DNA of 64,000 nucleotides from an uncultured Planctomycetota bacterium (GTDB lineage Bacteria; Planctomycetota; Planctomycetia; Isosphaerales; Isosphaeraceae). Under the pieces are notes generated by a model. The model was not told the DNA's origin. It made no database searches and saw nothing but the letters and a program-made list of their open reading frames with translations. Position numbers and translations under genes: made by a program. The stretch spans positions 2,560,001 to 2,624,000 of the forward strand of contig CAVTTN010000002.1 of the NCBI GenBank assembly GCA_963737655.1, given 5' to 3'. Shown here in pieces: positions 1 through 9,983 of this stretch. Positions within the stretch are counted from its first letter, which is position 1. Every line of letters begins with the position of its first letter.

Positions 1-807
1 TCGGCCGACCCCCGGCTCCGCGAATTCCGACTGTCGCCGCCCCGCCTGACCGAATTCAAGAACCGCGATGGCGAGACGCTTTTCGGGGCCTACTATGCCC
101 CGATCGGGGCCCCGGCCGGCAAGAAAGCCCCGCTCGTGGTCATGGTCTACGGAGGCCCTCACGTCCAGACCGTGACCGATTCCTGGGCCCTCTCGGCCGA
201 TCTCTCCGCGCAGTTCCTCGCGTCCCAGGGATTCGCGGTCTGGAAGGCCGACAACCGAGGTTCGAGCCGTCGCGGGCTGGCGTTCGAGTCGGCCCTGAAT
301 CGCCGGATGGGCGAGGTGGAGGTCCGCGACCAGCAAGACGGCGTGAAGTTCGTGGCGGCGAGCCAGCCCGACGCCGATCCCTCGCGGGTCGGCATCACCG
401 GAGGGAGCTACGGCGGCTACATGACGCTTCGGTGTCTCCTGCTCGCCCCCGAAACCTTCCACGTCGGCGTGTCGGTCGCCCCGGTGACGGACTGGGACGG
501 CTACGACACCGGCTATACCGAGCGCTACATGGGCACCCCGGAGAACAACCCGGAGGGCTACCGCGAATCGTCGGCCCTGACCCATGCCGGGAAGCTCCGG
601 GGCGACCTGCTGGTGATCCACGGGATGCTCGACGAGAACGTGCATTTCCGCCACTCGGCGAGGTTGACCAGCGCCCTGGTCGCGGCCGATCGCCCGTTCG
701 CGATCCTGCCGATCCCCAACGAGCGGCACTCCTCGCGCAAGGTCCCCGAGCGGAAATACGTCGCGGAGAAGACGGCCGAGTTCTTCCGGAGGCTCACCGA
801 GCGATGA
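1..807 (+). CDS. S9 family (DPP IV-like) serine peptidase, 5' partial
   Basis: Frame open from base 1. YGGP, GGSYGG nucleophile motif, DWDGYDTGYTERYMG, HG.DENVH and a C-terminal His. Confidence 0.92.
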   Translation, partial: SADPRLREFRLSPPRLTEFKNRDGETLFGAYYAPIGAPAGKKAPLVVMVYGGPHVQTVTDSWALSADLSAQFLASQGFAVWKADNRGSSRRGLAFESALNRRMGEVEVRDQQDGVKFVAASQPDADPSRVGITGGSYGGYMTLRCLLLAPETFHVGVSVAPVTDWDGYDTGYTERYMGTPENNPEGYRESSALTHAGKLRGDLLVIHGMLDENVHFRHSARLTSALVAADRPFAILPIPNERHSSRKVPERKYVAEKTAEFFRRLTER

Positions 808-1148
808 CGCCGACTCCCCATCCCCCTCGCGAAGACGACCCGGTCCTCCGCAACGCCCGGCGGGAGGCGCTCTGGATCATCTCCGCGTGGGCGGCGGCCA
901 CGGCGTATTGCTGCCTGTATTGTTATCGGTACGGCTACATCCGCGAGGGACGGCCCCTCGGCGTCGAGGACATCCAGCCGATCTGGGGCGTGCCGTCGTG
1001 GTTCTTCTGGGGAGTCCTGGCCCCGTGGCTGGCCTGCGGCCTGTTCACGGCGTGGTTCGTGGGGACGAAAATGGTGGAGGACGACCTCGGCGAGGACCAC
1101 GCCGGGGACCTGGAATCGGCCATCCGGGGCGGGGGCGACGATGAGTGA
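804..1148 (+). CDS. DUF997/YhdT-like small membrane protein
   Basis: ATGA overlap with the upstream stop. Two TM segments, NARREAL..W and G.P.WFFWG motifs. Directly upstream of an SSS symporter, as for yhdT-panF. Confidence 0.75.
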   Translation: MTPTPHPPREDDPVLRNARREALWIISAWAAATAYCCLYCYRYGYIREGRPLGVEDIQPIWGVPSWFFWGVLAPWLACGLFTAWFVGTKMVEDDLGEDHAGDLESAIRGGGDDE

Positions 1149-2781
1149 CGACCCTCTGAAAGGCCACTGGGGGCCGTTCCTCGCGTTGCTCCTGTTCACC
1201 CTCGCCTCGCTCGGCCTGGGCGTCCTGGCCAACCGCGTGACCGCGAAAAAAGCCGGGTTCCTGGAGAAATACTTCCTCGGCAACCGCTCGATGGGCGCGA
1301 TCGCCGTGGCCCTGACCGCCGCCGTGATGAGCGGCGGGTCCTTCCTCGGTTTTCCGTCGCTGGTTTACTCGTTCGGATGGGTCGTCGGCCTCTGGATCTG
1401 CTCCTACATGATCGCGCCGATGACCATCCTCGGCATCCTCGGCAAGAGGATCGGCCAGGTCTCCAGGAAGACCGGCGCCATCACCCTGCCCGACCTGTTC
1501 CGCGAGCGGTTCGACAGCCCCGGGCTCGGGCTGCTGACGAGCCTCCTCGTGATGGTCTTCCTCACGGCATTTCTCGTGGCGCAGTTCAAGGGCGGCGCGG
1601 TGATCATGAAGATCGTCCTGCCGAGGCAGACGGTCGGCTGGTTCGCCGTCGATTCGGGCGGCGGAACCGGTGACACCGGCTATTACGTCGGCCTGGCGAT
1701 CTTCGCGACTACGGTGATCGCCTACACGGCCTACGGGGGGTTCCTCGCGGCGATCTGGACCGACGTGTTCCAGAGCCTCGTGATGGCCGCCGGGGTCCTG
1801 ATCCTCTTCCCCCTGGCGATGGCGAAATCCTGGGGGCTGAACGCCGGGACGATGAACGGGATGGCGCAGGCCGGCCCGGGGTTCGCCTTCGGGCCGGGCG
1901 CCAACCGGGATTTCCACCCGATCGGCCTGGCGTTCTCGTTCTTCGTGATGTGGGCGATCGTCGGGATGGGCCAGCCCTCGACGCTCGTCCGCCTGATGGC
2001 GTTCCGCGACTCCCGGACCCTCCGCTATTCGATCCTCTATCAGACGTTCTACAACGCCCTGATCTACGTCCCCCTGATCTTCATCTTCGTCGCCGCCCGG
2101 GGCCTGCTGCCGGGCCTGTCGGCGCCCGACGAGGTCATGCCGCGATTGGTCGTCCACCTGGCCAACCCGTTCGTCGCCGGGTTCATCCTGGCGGCGCCTT
2201 ATGGGGCCGTGATGAGCACCGTGAGCGGGTTCCTGCTCATCGTGTCGTCGGGGCTGGTCCGCGACCTCTACCAGCGGTTCGTCCGCCCCGGGGCCGGCGA
2301 GCGGGAGCTGATCTGGGCGAGCTACGGGGCCACGGTCCTCGTCGGCCTGGTCGTCACGGTCCTCTCGCTGAACCCGCCGAAGTTCCTTCAGTTGATCGTG
2401 GTGTTCGCCAGCGCGGGGACGGCCTCGGCGTTCCTGGCCCCGGCGGTCTTCACCGCGTTCTGGAGGAGGGCGACGGCCCCCGGCGCCATCGCGGCGATGC
2501 TCTGCGGGAGCGCCACGGTCGTCGGCCTGTATGTCCTCGGGTCGATCGGCCCGGAGCGGCTCGGCGTGGCCTGGCTGGTCGGGGAGAACCCGCCGATCGG
2601 CGTTCCGGCGTCGTTCCGGCCGTTCTATCTCGGCGGCCTCGACCCGTGCATCTGGGGCCTCCTCGCCTCGTTCTCCGCCGGGATCGCGGTGAGCCTCGTG
2701 ACTACGCCGCCCGACGCCCGCCGCGTCTCCCTCCTGTTCGACGCCCCGCCGTCGCCCGTGCCGATCCCCGATCATGCCTAG
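1141..2781 (+). CDS. Sodium:solute symporter (PanF-like)
   Basis: 546 aa polytopic protein with YFLGNRSMG, ITLPDLFRERF, YTAYGGFLAAIWTDVFQ and AVMSTVSG motifs. Confidence 0.9.
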   Translation: MSDDPLKGHWGPFLALLLFTLASLGLGVLANRVTAKKAGFLEKYFLGNRSMGAIAVALTAAVMSGGSFLGFPSLVYSFGWVVGLWICSYMIAPMTILGILGKRIGQVSRKTGAITLPDLFRERFDSPGLGLLTSLLVMVFLTAFLVAQFKGGAVIMKIVLPRQTVGWFAVDSGGGTGDTGYYVGLAIFATTVIAYTAYGGFLAAIWTDVFQSLVMAAGVLILFPLAMAKSWGLNAGTMNGMAQAGPGFAFGPGANRDFHPIGLAFSFFVMWAIVGMGQPSTLVRLMAFRDSRTLRYSILYQTFYNALIYVPLIFIFVAARGLLPGLSAPDEVMPRLVVHLANPFVAGFILAAPYGAVMSTVSGFLLIVSSGLVRDLYQRFVRPGAGERELIWASYGATVLVGLVVTVLSLNPPKFLQLIVVFASAGTASAFLAPAVFTAFWRRATAPGAIAAMLCGSATVVGLYVLGSIGPERLGVAWLVGENPPIGVPASFRPFYLGGLDPCIWGLLASFSAGIAVSLVTTPPDARRVSLLFDAPPSPVPIPDHA

Positions 2782-3808
2782 GTTCCTGACGGCCCCGATC
2801 GACCGCGCCTCGGGCCTGGCCGCCCGGATCAACGAGGCGCTGGGCCGCAAGAGGGCCATGCTCGTGCCGTTGAGCTGGCTCTTGCTGGCGGTCCTCGGGA
2901 TCGTCTCGATCGTGTCGGTCGTCCTCGCGGGCGACTCCTGGAGGAATCGGGGCGGCCCTCGCGCATTGACGCTGGATCAGGTCTTCGTCGCGGGCGATTC
3001 GCTGATCGATCGCCTCGTGACGGTCCGCGGCGAGGTCCAGCCGCGACTGGCGATCGTCTCCTCGGAAGAAGCAGGGCCGGCGTTCGCGGTGATGACCGCC
3101 GACGAGCGGCGATTCTTGCTCGTGAAGGTCGATCGCAAGACCGACGACGCATTCACCGCGACCCTGACCGGGATGCTCCGGGCCCCGTCGCGTCGCCTGG
3201 CCGCCAAGCTCGACGAGATGGGCGGGCAGATCCTCGGAGTCCCCGTCGAATCCCGCTTCGTGCTCCTGCCCGGCGATCGGCCGTGGTCGGTGGGTTCGGC
3301 GGTCGCGCTCTCGATCGTCACGATCGGCCTGTTAAGCCTGTTCCTGGCCTCGAACCTCCGCCGAAACACGGTGTTCCGGGCCGATCCGGTCGCGATCGAG
3401 CCGATGGAAGGGGACGCCGGCGACCCGGAGGCGCGATTCTCGGGCGTCCTGGGCCGATCCGACGGCCGGGCCCGGCATTTCGTCGAGCTCCCGGCCAGGC
3501 TGGCGGTTCGCGACGGCCAGCTCGTGATCGAGGCGAGCGCCCGGGCGGCGTCGAGGGCGACGGGGGAGCGGCCCCGAGGCCCGAGGGAGGAGTGGTCGCT
3601 GGCCATCGCCGCCCCGGGCGCCCAGAATGTCGAGGCGGGCCGGATCTACTTCGGGACCGCGAGCCGCCCGGCCCTCCGAATCCGGACCGACGGGCCGAAG
3701 GGCCGATCCCTGGTCGTTTCGTTCCCCGACGAAACCCGGAGGGCCGTGGCCCTGGGGCGGTGGCTCGGGGACTCGGGGCCCGATCCGTCGAGGAGCGATG
3801 CGTCATGA
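2774..3808 (+). CDS. Hypothetical membrane protein
   Basis: 344 aa, two hydrophobic segments, overlaps both neighbours in operon fashion. Confidence 0.65.
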   Translation: MPRFLTAPIDRASGLAARINEALGRKRAMLVPLSWLLLAVLGIVSIVSVVLAGDSWRNRGGPRALTLDQVFVAGDSLIDRLVTVRGEVQPRLAIVSSEEAGPAFAVMTADERRFLLVKVDRKTDDAFTATLTGMLRAPSRRLAAKLDEMGGQILGVPVESRFVLLPGDRPWSVGSAVALSIVTIGLLSLFLASNLRRNTVFRADPVAIEPMEGDAGDPEARFSGVLGRSDGRARHFVELPARLAVRDGQLVIEASARAASRATGERPRGPREEWSLAIAAPGAQNVEAGRIYFGTASRPALRIRTDGPKGRSLVVSFPDETRRAVALGRWLGDSGPDPSRSDAS

Positions 3809-4653
3809 GCAGCGAATTCGTCCGGGTGGCGGGCGTGCAGATGGAGCCGGCGTTCGGCCGGGTCGAGGCGAACCTCGCCGCCATCGGCGACCGGCTCCGG
3901 GAGGCCGCCGCCGAGGGGGCGAGGCTCGTCGTCTTCCCCGAATGCGCCCTGACGGGCTACGGCTTCGCCTCCCGGGAGGAAGCGATGGGGTTCGCCGAGC
4001 CGATCGACGGCCCGAGCGTCCTCCAGGTCGCCTCGACCTGCCGGGAACTCGGCGTGTGGTGCGCCTTCGGCCTCCTGGAGCGCGACGGCGACCGCCTGTT
4101 CAACGCCTGCGCCCTGGTCGGCCCCGAGGGCCTGGTCGGCTCCTACCGCAAGGTTCACCTGCCGTTCCTCGGCGTCGATCGGTTCGCCGACCCGGGCGAC
4201 CGGCCCTTCGCCGTCCTGGACGCCGCCGGCCTGCGAGTCGGCCTGCACATCTGCTACGACGGCGCGTTCCCCGAGGTCGGCCGGGCGCTGGCCCTCCTCG
4301 GCGCCGACCTCCTGATCTTGCCCACCAACTGGCCCACGCACTCCGAATCGGCGGCCGAGCACATGATGCCGTGCCGGGCGATGGAGAACGTCGTCTACGC
4401 GATGGCCGTGAACCGGGTGGGCGAGGAGCGAGGCTTCCGGTTCATCGGCCGGAGCTCGATCGTCGATACCTCGGGGACCCGGCTGGCGATGGCCTCGGCC
4501 GACCGCGAGGAGATCCTCTTCGCCGAGCTCGACCCGAAGCGCGCCCGCCAGAAGAAGCTGATCCGGAGGCCCGGCCTCCACGAGATCGACCGCATCGCCG
4601 ACCGCCGACCGGCGTTCTACGGGAAGCTGGTCGAGCCGAACGGGCGGGAGTGA
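3805..4653 (+). CDS. Carbon-nitrogen hydrolase (nitrilase family)
   Basis: VFPEC (Glu), YRKVHL (Lys) and ICYD (Cys) catalytic triad; ATG 3805 overlaps the upstream stop. Confidence 0.93.
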   Translation: MSSEFVRVAGVQMEPAFGRVEANLAAIGDRLREAAAEGARLVVFPECALTGYGFASREEAMGFAEPIDGPSVLQVASTCRELGVWCAFGLLERDGDRLFNACALVGPEGLVGSYRKVHLPFLGVDRFADPGDRPFAVLDAAGLRVGLHICYDGAFPEVGRALALLGADLLILPTNWPTHSESAAEHMMPCRAMENVVYAMAVNRVGEERGFRFIGRSSIVDTSGTRLAMASADREEILFAELDPKRARQKKLIRRPGLHEIDRIADRRPAFYGKLVEPNGRE

Positions 4654-4764
4654 GGGAGGCCGCCAGGTCGGGTTGCATCACGGGCCGTCGATCGCTATCC
4701 TGCCGCCGTCGGCCTGAGCAGGCATTCAGGTTGAGACGACCCCGTTCCCGGGCAGGAGGCCCCC

Positions 4765-5241
4765 ATGCTCGCCCCCCCTCAGATCGTGACGAGTCCGGCC
4801 AGGTCGGCCGCGGTGATCCGCCTGTGCATCCCGAGGTCCGAGATCCGGACGGTGATGGGACCGGGCCTCCAAGAGATCCGGGCGGCCCTGGCCTCTCAGG
4901 GCATCGAAGCCGCCGGGCCCTGGTTCACCCGTCATCACCGGATGGACCCGGAGGTCTTCGATTTCGAGATCGGCGTGCCGGTCGAGTCGGCGGTGAAGCC
5001 CTCGGGCCGAGTCGAGCCCGGCGGATGGCCGGCGGCGACGGTCGCCCGGACGATCTACCAGGGTCCATACGAGGGCCTCGGGCCCGCCTGGGGCGAGTTC
5101 ATGGCCTGGATCGCCGCCCAGGGGCATTTGCCCGGCCCGGACCTCTGGGAAGTCTACTTCGAGGGGCCGGAGTCGGGGCCCGACCCCTCGGGATGGCGGA
5201 CCGAGCTGAACCGACCGTTGATTCTCGCCGACGAGCGGTGA
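4765..5241 (+). CDS. GyrI-like small-molecule-binding domain protein
   Basis: Y.GPYEGL..AW...WI and WEVY...P..WRTEL motifs; AGGAGG RBS. Confidence 0.8.
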   Translation: MLAPPQIVTSPARSAAVIRLCIPRSEIRTVMGPGLQEIRAALASQGIEAAGPWFTRHHRMDPEVFDFEIGVPVESAVKPSGRVEPGGWPAATVARTIYQGPYEGLGPAWGEFMAWIAAQGHLPGPDLWEVYFEGPESGPDPSGWRTELNRPLILADER

Positions 5242-5243
5242 CC

Positions 5244-5855
5244 TCAGCGTCTTCGCTTGGGCTTCGTCCCGCCGTCGTCCACGTCCCCCTTGATCAGGTC
5301 GAAGAAGTCATCGTCGGTCGCGGCGATGGGCTTGGGCGCGACGACGTGGTCGGGGATCTCGTCCTGGAGGACCTCCTCGTCGGCCTTGGGGCGGGCCATC
5401 GTCTCGGGAGGCCGCTGAGGCCGGGGGTTGCGACGGGTCGGCGCGTCGGGGTTCTCCAGCCCGGCGAGCTCCAGGAGGGATCGATTTCTCGGCGACTCCG
5501 CCATCTCTTCTTCGAGAATCTGGTTGGCGTCGAGCAGCGACGTCGGCGCCTCGGGGCTGTAATCGAGCATGTAGAAATGCCCGGCGATGCCTAGTTCGTC
5601 GTCGGGCATCAGGCCGTGCTCGCTGGAGATCCTCTGGCCGTTGACGGTCGTCCCGTTGGTGCTGCCCAGGTCGCGGACGTGCCACGTCCCCCGGATATAT
5701 TTCAGGGTGCAGTGCTTGCCCGAGATATTATCGAAATCCAGGCGGATATCGCAGGTCGGCCGTCGTCCGAGGATCAACTCGTCCTTCTTCAGAGGGATGG
5801 GGTCGCCGCCTCCCAGGGGGCGCATCACGCCCAGGCTCCTCCGCGGACTCATCAT
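5244..5855 (-). CDS. FHA domain protein
   Basis: LGR, ISGKH and DLGSTNGT.VNG FHA signature followed by an acidic disordered tail. Confidence 0.9.
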   Translation of the reverse strand: MMSPRRSLGVMRPLGGGDPIPLKKDELILGRRPTCDIRLDFDNISGKHCTLKYIRGTWHVRDLGSTNGTTVNGQRISSEHGLMPDDELGIAGHFYMLDYSPEAPTSLLDANQILEEEMAESPRNRSLLELAGLENPDAPTRRNPRPQRPPETMARPKADEEVLQDEIPDHVVAPKPIAATDDDFFDLIKGDVDDGGTKPKRRR

Positions 5856-6254
5856 GGTCAGGCCCTCGCGACGGGACCGAGACGTCAGGGGGAATTCGCC
5901 CGATCAAGGATGCATTTTAACGGTCCTGTGAAGGTCGATCAAGCGGCCCGGCCACCCGTTCCGGGTCGAACGGTAGTTCAAGTGGGGGATCGGACGCCCG
6001 CGTCCCCCGCCGCGGGGACAGGGTTGGGGCGAGCGGGCCGTATGGCCGGAAGTCCAGGCCGCACATGGGCTTCGACCTGGCCGGACCTCCCTCCCTGCCC
6101 TTATTCCCGACGCGGGCGACGAGGGTTGGCTCCGCTCCCAGGGGAAGAACGGATCGACCCTGGCGGACGGGGCCATCCCCTGGCAAGCGCCCGACGGTTC
6201 GGATAGCCTCGGCGTTCCCTTCCCCGACCGATCCCGAGGAGCCGGAGACCGACG

Positions 6255-7094
6255 ATGGACGCGCGCACCCCCGACCGACCGTCTCGCCGAGAGGCCCTGA
6301 CCGCCGGGCTGGCCCTCGCCGGCTCGCTGAGCCTGGGCCGGGCCCTCCTCGCCGCCGACACGCCCGATGCCTCCCCGTTCGGCCCGTTCCGGATGGGCCT
6401 CCAGAGCTACTCGCTCCGCCACTTCAAGGTCGAGGAGGCCCTGGAGAAGACCAAGGAGCTGGGCCTCCACCACTGGGAATCCTACCCCGCCCACGTCCCC
6501 ACCGACCCGGCCCGCGCCAGGGAGTTCGCCGCCCTGGCCGAGAAGTACGGCGTGAAGATCAACGGCTACGGCGTCGTCGGACTGGGCAAGGACGCGGACG
6601 CCAACCGCAAGTTCTTCGAGTTCGGCAAGGCGATCGGCCTCTCGTACATGTCGTGCGACCCGACGCCCGACGCCTTCGACAACCTCGACAAGCTCACGGA
6701 GGAATACGGCATCCCCGTGGGCATCCACAACCACGGCCCCGGCCATCGCTGGGCGAAGATCGACGACATCATGGCCGCGATCAAGGACCACAGCCCGAAG
6801 ATCGGCTGCTGCGTCGACACCGGCCACTTCCTCCGCTCCAAGGAAGACCCCGTGAGGGCCGTCGAGGTCTTCGACCGCCGGGTCTACGGCGTCCACCTCA
6901 AGGACGTGAAGGACGCGACGACCTTCACCATCCTCGGCCAGGGCGACCTCCGCCTGTCCGACCTCCTCAAGGCCCTCGCCAAGAGGAAGTATTCCTACAC
7001 CCTGGCGCTCGAATACGAGGAGAGCGAGGCGATGCCGATGGACGACATCCGCGCGTGCCTGGCCGCCGAGAAGAAGGCGGCGGCGTCGCTCTGA
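6255..7094 (+). CDS. Sugar phosphate isomerase/epimerase (TIM barrel) with Tat signal
   Basis: SRREAL Tat motif; GLQSYSLR, IHNHG, DTGH, VHLKD and LEYE. Confidence 0.88.
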   Translation: MDARTPDRPSRREALTAGLALAGSLSLGRALLAADTPDASPFGPFRMGLQSYSLRHFKVEEALEKTKELGLHHWESYPAHVPTDPARAREFAALAEKYGVKINGYGVVGLGKDADANRKFFEFGKAIGLSYMSCDPTPDAFDNLDKLTEEYGIPVGIHNHGPGHRWAKIDDIMAAIKDHSPKIGCCVDTGHFLRSKEDPVRAVEVFDRRVYGVHLKDVKDATTFTILGQGDLRLSDLLKALAKRKYSYTLALEYEESEAMPMDDIRACLAAEKKAAASL

Positions 7095-7131
7095 CGGGCC
7101 GGCCCGTCGCCCGGGATGGCCGAGGGAGATC

Positions 7132-7163
7132 CCCCGGAGGGTGGGCGAGGCCGCCCTCCGGGG
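7132..7163. terminator. GC-rich intergenic hairpin, possible terminator
   Basis: CCCCGGAGGGTGG-N6-CCGCCCTCCGGGG about 40 bp after the stop at 7094; no clear U-tract. Confidence 0.35.
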
Positions 7164-7288
7164 CCTCTCCTCCGGATTCGGGCAAATCGCCGGGAGGATT
7201 CGCCGAGTCGGCCGAGATCGCCGTATTCAGGGAAGAGGCTTCGGACGCGGGCCGTTCCGCCGGCCTTCACGATCGAGAGGGGCCTTCC

Positions 7289-8218
7289 ATGACGATGACC
7301 GGGCGATGGGCGTGGGCGGTCCTCCTGCTCCCCCTGGCCGCCGGATGCTCCGAGGAGGCGAGTACGAGCGTCAAGTCGACGATGTCGTCCCCGACGGGTG
7401 CGAAGTCGACCCTGTATGAGACGAAGTCGGCAGACCCCGCCGGCGGAGATGCGGCAAGGGTCGCCGGCCCGGCCCCCGCCGTCCCCCGGAAGATCGTCTA
7501 TACGTGCGACATCTCCCTGACCGTCGGCGATTTCGCGAAGGCCGAGGCGGAGGTCGAGCGGCTGGTCCGCCAGTTCGGCGGGTATCTCTCCGGCTCCTAT
7601 GTCTCCGGCACCCCCGGGCTGGACCGCTCCGGCCGCTGGACGGCCCGCGTCCCGGTCGAGCGGTACGAGGCGTTCCTCGAAGCCGTCGCCCGCCTCGGCG
7701 AGCTCCAGCACCGCTCCACGAATTCCCGGGACGTGACCGATGAGTTCTACGACCTCGAAGCCCGCCTGAAGAACAAGAAGGTCGAGGAGACGAGGCTCCT
7801 GAAGCACCTCCAGGACTCGACCGGCAAGCTCTCCGAGATCCTCGAAGTCGAGAAGGAGCTGTCCCGGGTCCGCGAGGAGATCGAGAGGCAGCAGGGGAGG
7901 CTCCAGCTCCTCGGGAACCTCTCGGAGATGACCACGGTGACGGTCGCCCTGACCGAGCGCGGGCCGTACCAGCCGGCGACGGCCCCCGGGTTCGGCGCGA
8001 AGGTCTCGCGGCGGTTCTCGGCTTCGGTCCGGGCGTTGCGGTCCTTCGGCGAAGGGCTGGCGATCGAGGCGATTTCGGTGATCCCCTGGCTGCCGGTCTG
8101 GGCGGTCGTCCTGGGGGTCGCGTGGCTGTTCTGGAAGAAGACGCGGGCCCGCCGGGCGGGTCGGCCGGCCCCGTCGCCGAGGGCGGCCGGGGTCGAGACG
8201 ACGGGAGGGGCGGCATGA
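7289..8218 (+). CDS. DUF4349 domain lipoprotein
   Basis: Lipobox-like LAAGC, RKIVYT, DVTDEFYDLEARL coiled coil and a C-terminal TM helix. Confidence 0.85.
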   Translation: MTMTGRWAWAVLLLPLAAGCSEEASTSVKSTMSSPTGAKSTLYETKSADPAGGDAARVAGPAPAVPRKIVYTCDISLTVGDFAKAEAEVERLVRQFGGYLSGSYVSGTPGLDRSGRWTARVPVERYEAFLEAVARLGELQHRSTNSRDVTDEFYDLEARLKNKKVEETRLLKHLQDSTGKLSEILEVEKELSRVREEIERQQGRLQLLGNLSEMTTVTVALTERGPYQPATAPGFGAKVSRRFSASVRALRSFGEGLAIEAISVIPWLPVWAVVLGVAWLFWKKTRARRAGRPAPSPRAAGVETTGGAA

Positions 8219-8889
8219 TCGCGAGAGTCCTGGAACCCGAGGCGATGGACACCGCCGAGGAAGCCCGCGACTACGACGCGATGGACCACTCGGCCGTGAA
8301 CCTCCGGTTCGTGGCCGACTTCCTCCTGGCCCACGGCCCGTGCCGGGGGGGGACGATCCTCGACATCGGCACCGGGACGGCCCTGATCCCGATCGAGCTG
8401 GCCCGGACCGACCCGAACGCCGTGATCCTGGCCATCGACCTGGCCGACTCGATGCTCGAGCTCGCCCGGGAGAACATCGCGAGGGCGGGCCTGGGCGATC
8501 GCGTCGTGGCCGAGAAGGTGGATGCGAAGGGCCTGCCGTTCCCCGACGGCGAATTCGAGGCGGTGATCTCCAACTCGATCGTCCACCACATCCCCGAGCC
8601 GGCCGAAGCCCTGGCGGAGATGGTCCGCCTGCTCGCCCCGGGCGGGACGCTGTTCGTTCGCGACCTGTCCCGGCCCGAGACCGAGGCCGAGCTGGCCTTC
8701 CTGGTCGAGACTTATGCCTCGGACGAGGCCGACCGGGCCCGCGCCCTGTTCGCCGACTCGCTCCGCGCGGCCTTGACGGTCGCCGAGGTCTCTGGGATCG
8801 TCGAAGGGCTGGGCCTGCCGGGCGAGGGGGTCGTGATGACGTCCGATCGCCACTGGACCTGGGCCTGGACGCGACCGGCCGCGGGCTGA
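8215..8889 (+). CDS. Class I SAM-dependent methyltransferase
   Basis: ILDIGTGT motif I; LPFPD..F..V.SNSIVHH; L.PGG.L. Confidence 0.9.
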   Translation: MIARVLEPEAMDTAEEARDYDAMDHSAVNLRFVADFLLAHGPCRGGTILDIGTGTALIPIELARTDPNAVILAIDLADSMLELARENIARAGLGDRVVAEKVDAKGLPFPDGEFEAVISNSIVHHIPEPAEALAEMVRLLAPGGTLFVRDLSRPETEAELAFLVETYASDEADRARALFADSLRAALTVAEVSGIVEGLGLPGEGVVMTSDRHWTWAWTRPAAG

Positions 8890-8903
8890 GGAGAACTCGA
8901 CGG

Positions 8904-9769
8904 ATGGCCGAGACGCTCACGATCCGATCCGGGGACGGGACCGAGCTCCGAGGCGCCTTCCACCCCGGCCGCGACCCCCGCGGCGTCCTGATCGTCTCCC
9001 ACGGCCTGGGCGAATATGGAGGGGCTTACGCCCCCCTGGCCGAGCGGCTGTCGAGCCTCCTGGGACTGGTGGACGTCCTCACCTTCGACTACCGGGGCCA
9101 CGGCCTGAGCCCGGGCTCCGGGGCTTCATCGACCGCTACCTCGACCTGGTCAACGACCTCCGGGCCGCCCTGGACTGGGTCGAGGAGGCTCGACCGGGCC
9201 AGCCGCGATACGTCCTGGGGCACTCCAATGGCGGCCAGGTCGCCCTCCACGCGGCCCTCCGCTGGCCGGCGGACCTCGCCGGGCTGATCCTGTCCAACCC
9301 CTCGTTGAAGGTCTCGGCCCCGGTCCCCCTCCACAAGTACCTCGCCGGCCTGTTCCTCCGCCGGTTCGCCCCCAAGGTCACCCTGGCATCGACCCTGATC
9401 GACGAGTACCTGACCCGCGACCCCGAGATGCTCGCCCTCCGCAAGGCCGACCCGCTCCACCATTCCCGGATCGGCGCCGAGCTGTTCTTCGGGATGGTCG
9501 AAGGGGGCCGGAAGCTCCTGGCCGAAGCCGAGAAGATCACCATCCCGACCCTCCTGATCCTCGGCGGGGCCGATCCCGTGGTCGAACCGGCCGTGACCCG
9601 CGGCTTCTTCGACCGGATGGGCAGCACCGACAAGACGCTCCGCCTCTACCCCGACATGGTCCACGAGCCGCTCAACGACCTCGGCCGCGAGGCGGTCGTC
9701 GAGGAGATCACCGCCTGGCTGGCCCACCACCTGGACCCGGCGACGGAGCGGGTGACGAACCTCTCGTAG
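8904..9769 (+). CDS. Alpha/beta hydrolase (lysophospholipase-like), one frameshift near 9114
   Basis: HGLGE and FDYRGHGLS in one frame; GHSNGG nucleophile, D.VV and HE in the next. One extra G in the run at 9113-9115 restores the ORF. The stop is the TAG of a REP. Confidence 0.85.
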
Positions 9770-9983
9770 GGTGCATGAAATGCACCATCTTCGATTTGTG
9801 CTTCGATTTGTGGACCGAAAGGTTCGGGATCGAAGATGGTGCATTTCATGCACCCTACAACCGGCGACGGAGCGGGTGACGAACCTCTCGTAGGGTGCAT
9901 GAAATGCACCATCTTCGATTTGTGCTTCGATTTGTGGACCGAAAGGTTCGGGATCGAAGATGGTGCATTTCATGCACCCTACA
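9737..9983. repeat. Two tandem 124-bp units, each with a GTAG-type REP doublet (REPIN)
   Basis: 9766-9858 and 9890-9982 each have perfect 30-bp inverted arms GTAGGGTGCATGAAATGCACCATCTTCGAT; REP hairpin GGTGCAT-GAA-ATGCACC. Confidence 0.9.

Noticed and set aside
9737..9983. CRISPR array
   Set aside because: Repeats alternate in orientation and the intervening sequences are identical; this is REPIN architecture.
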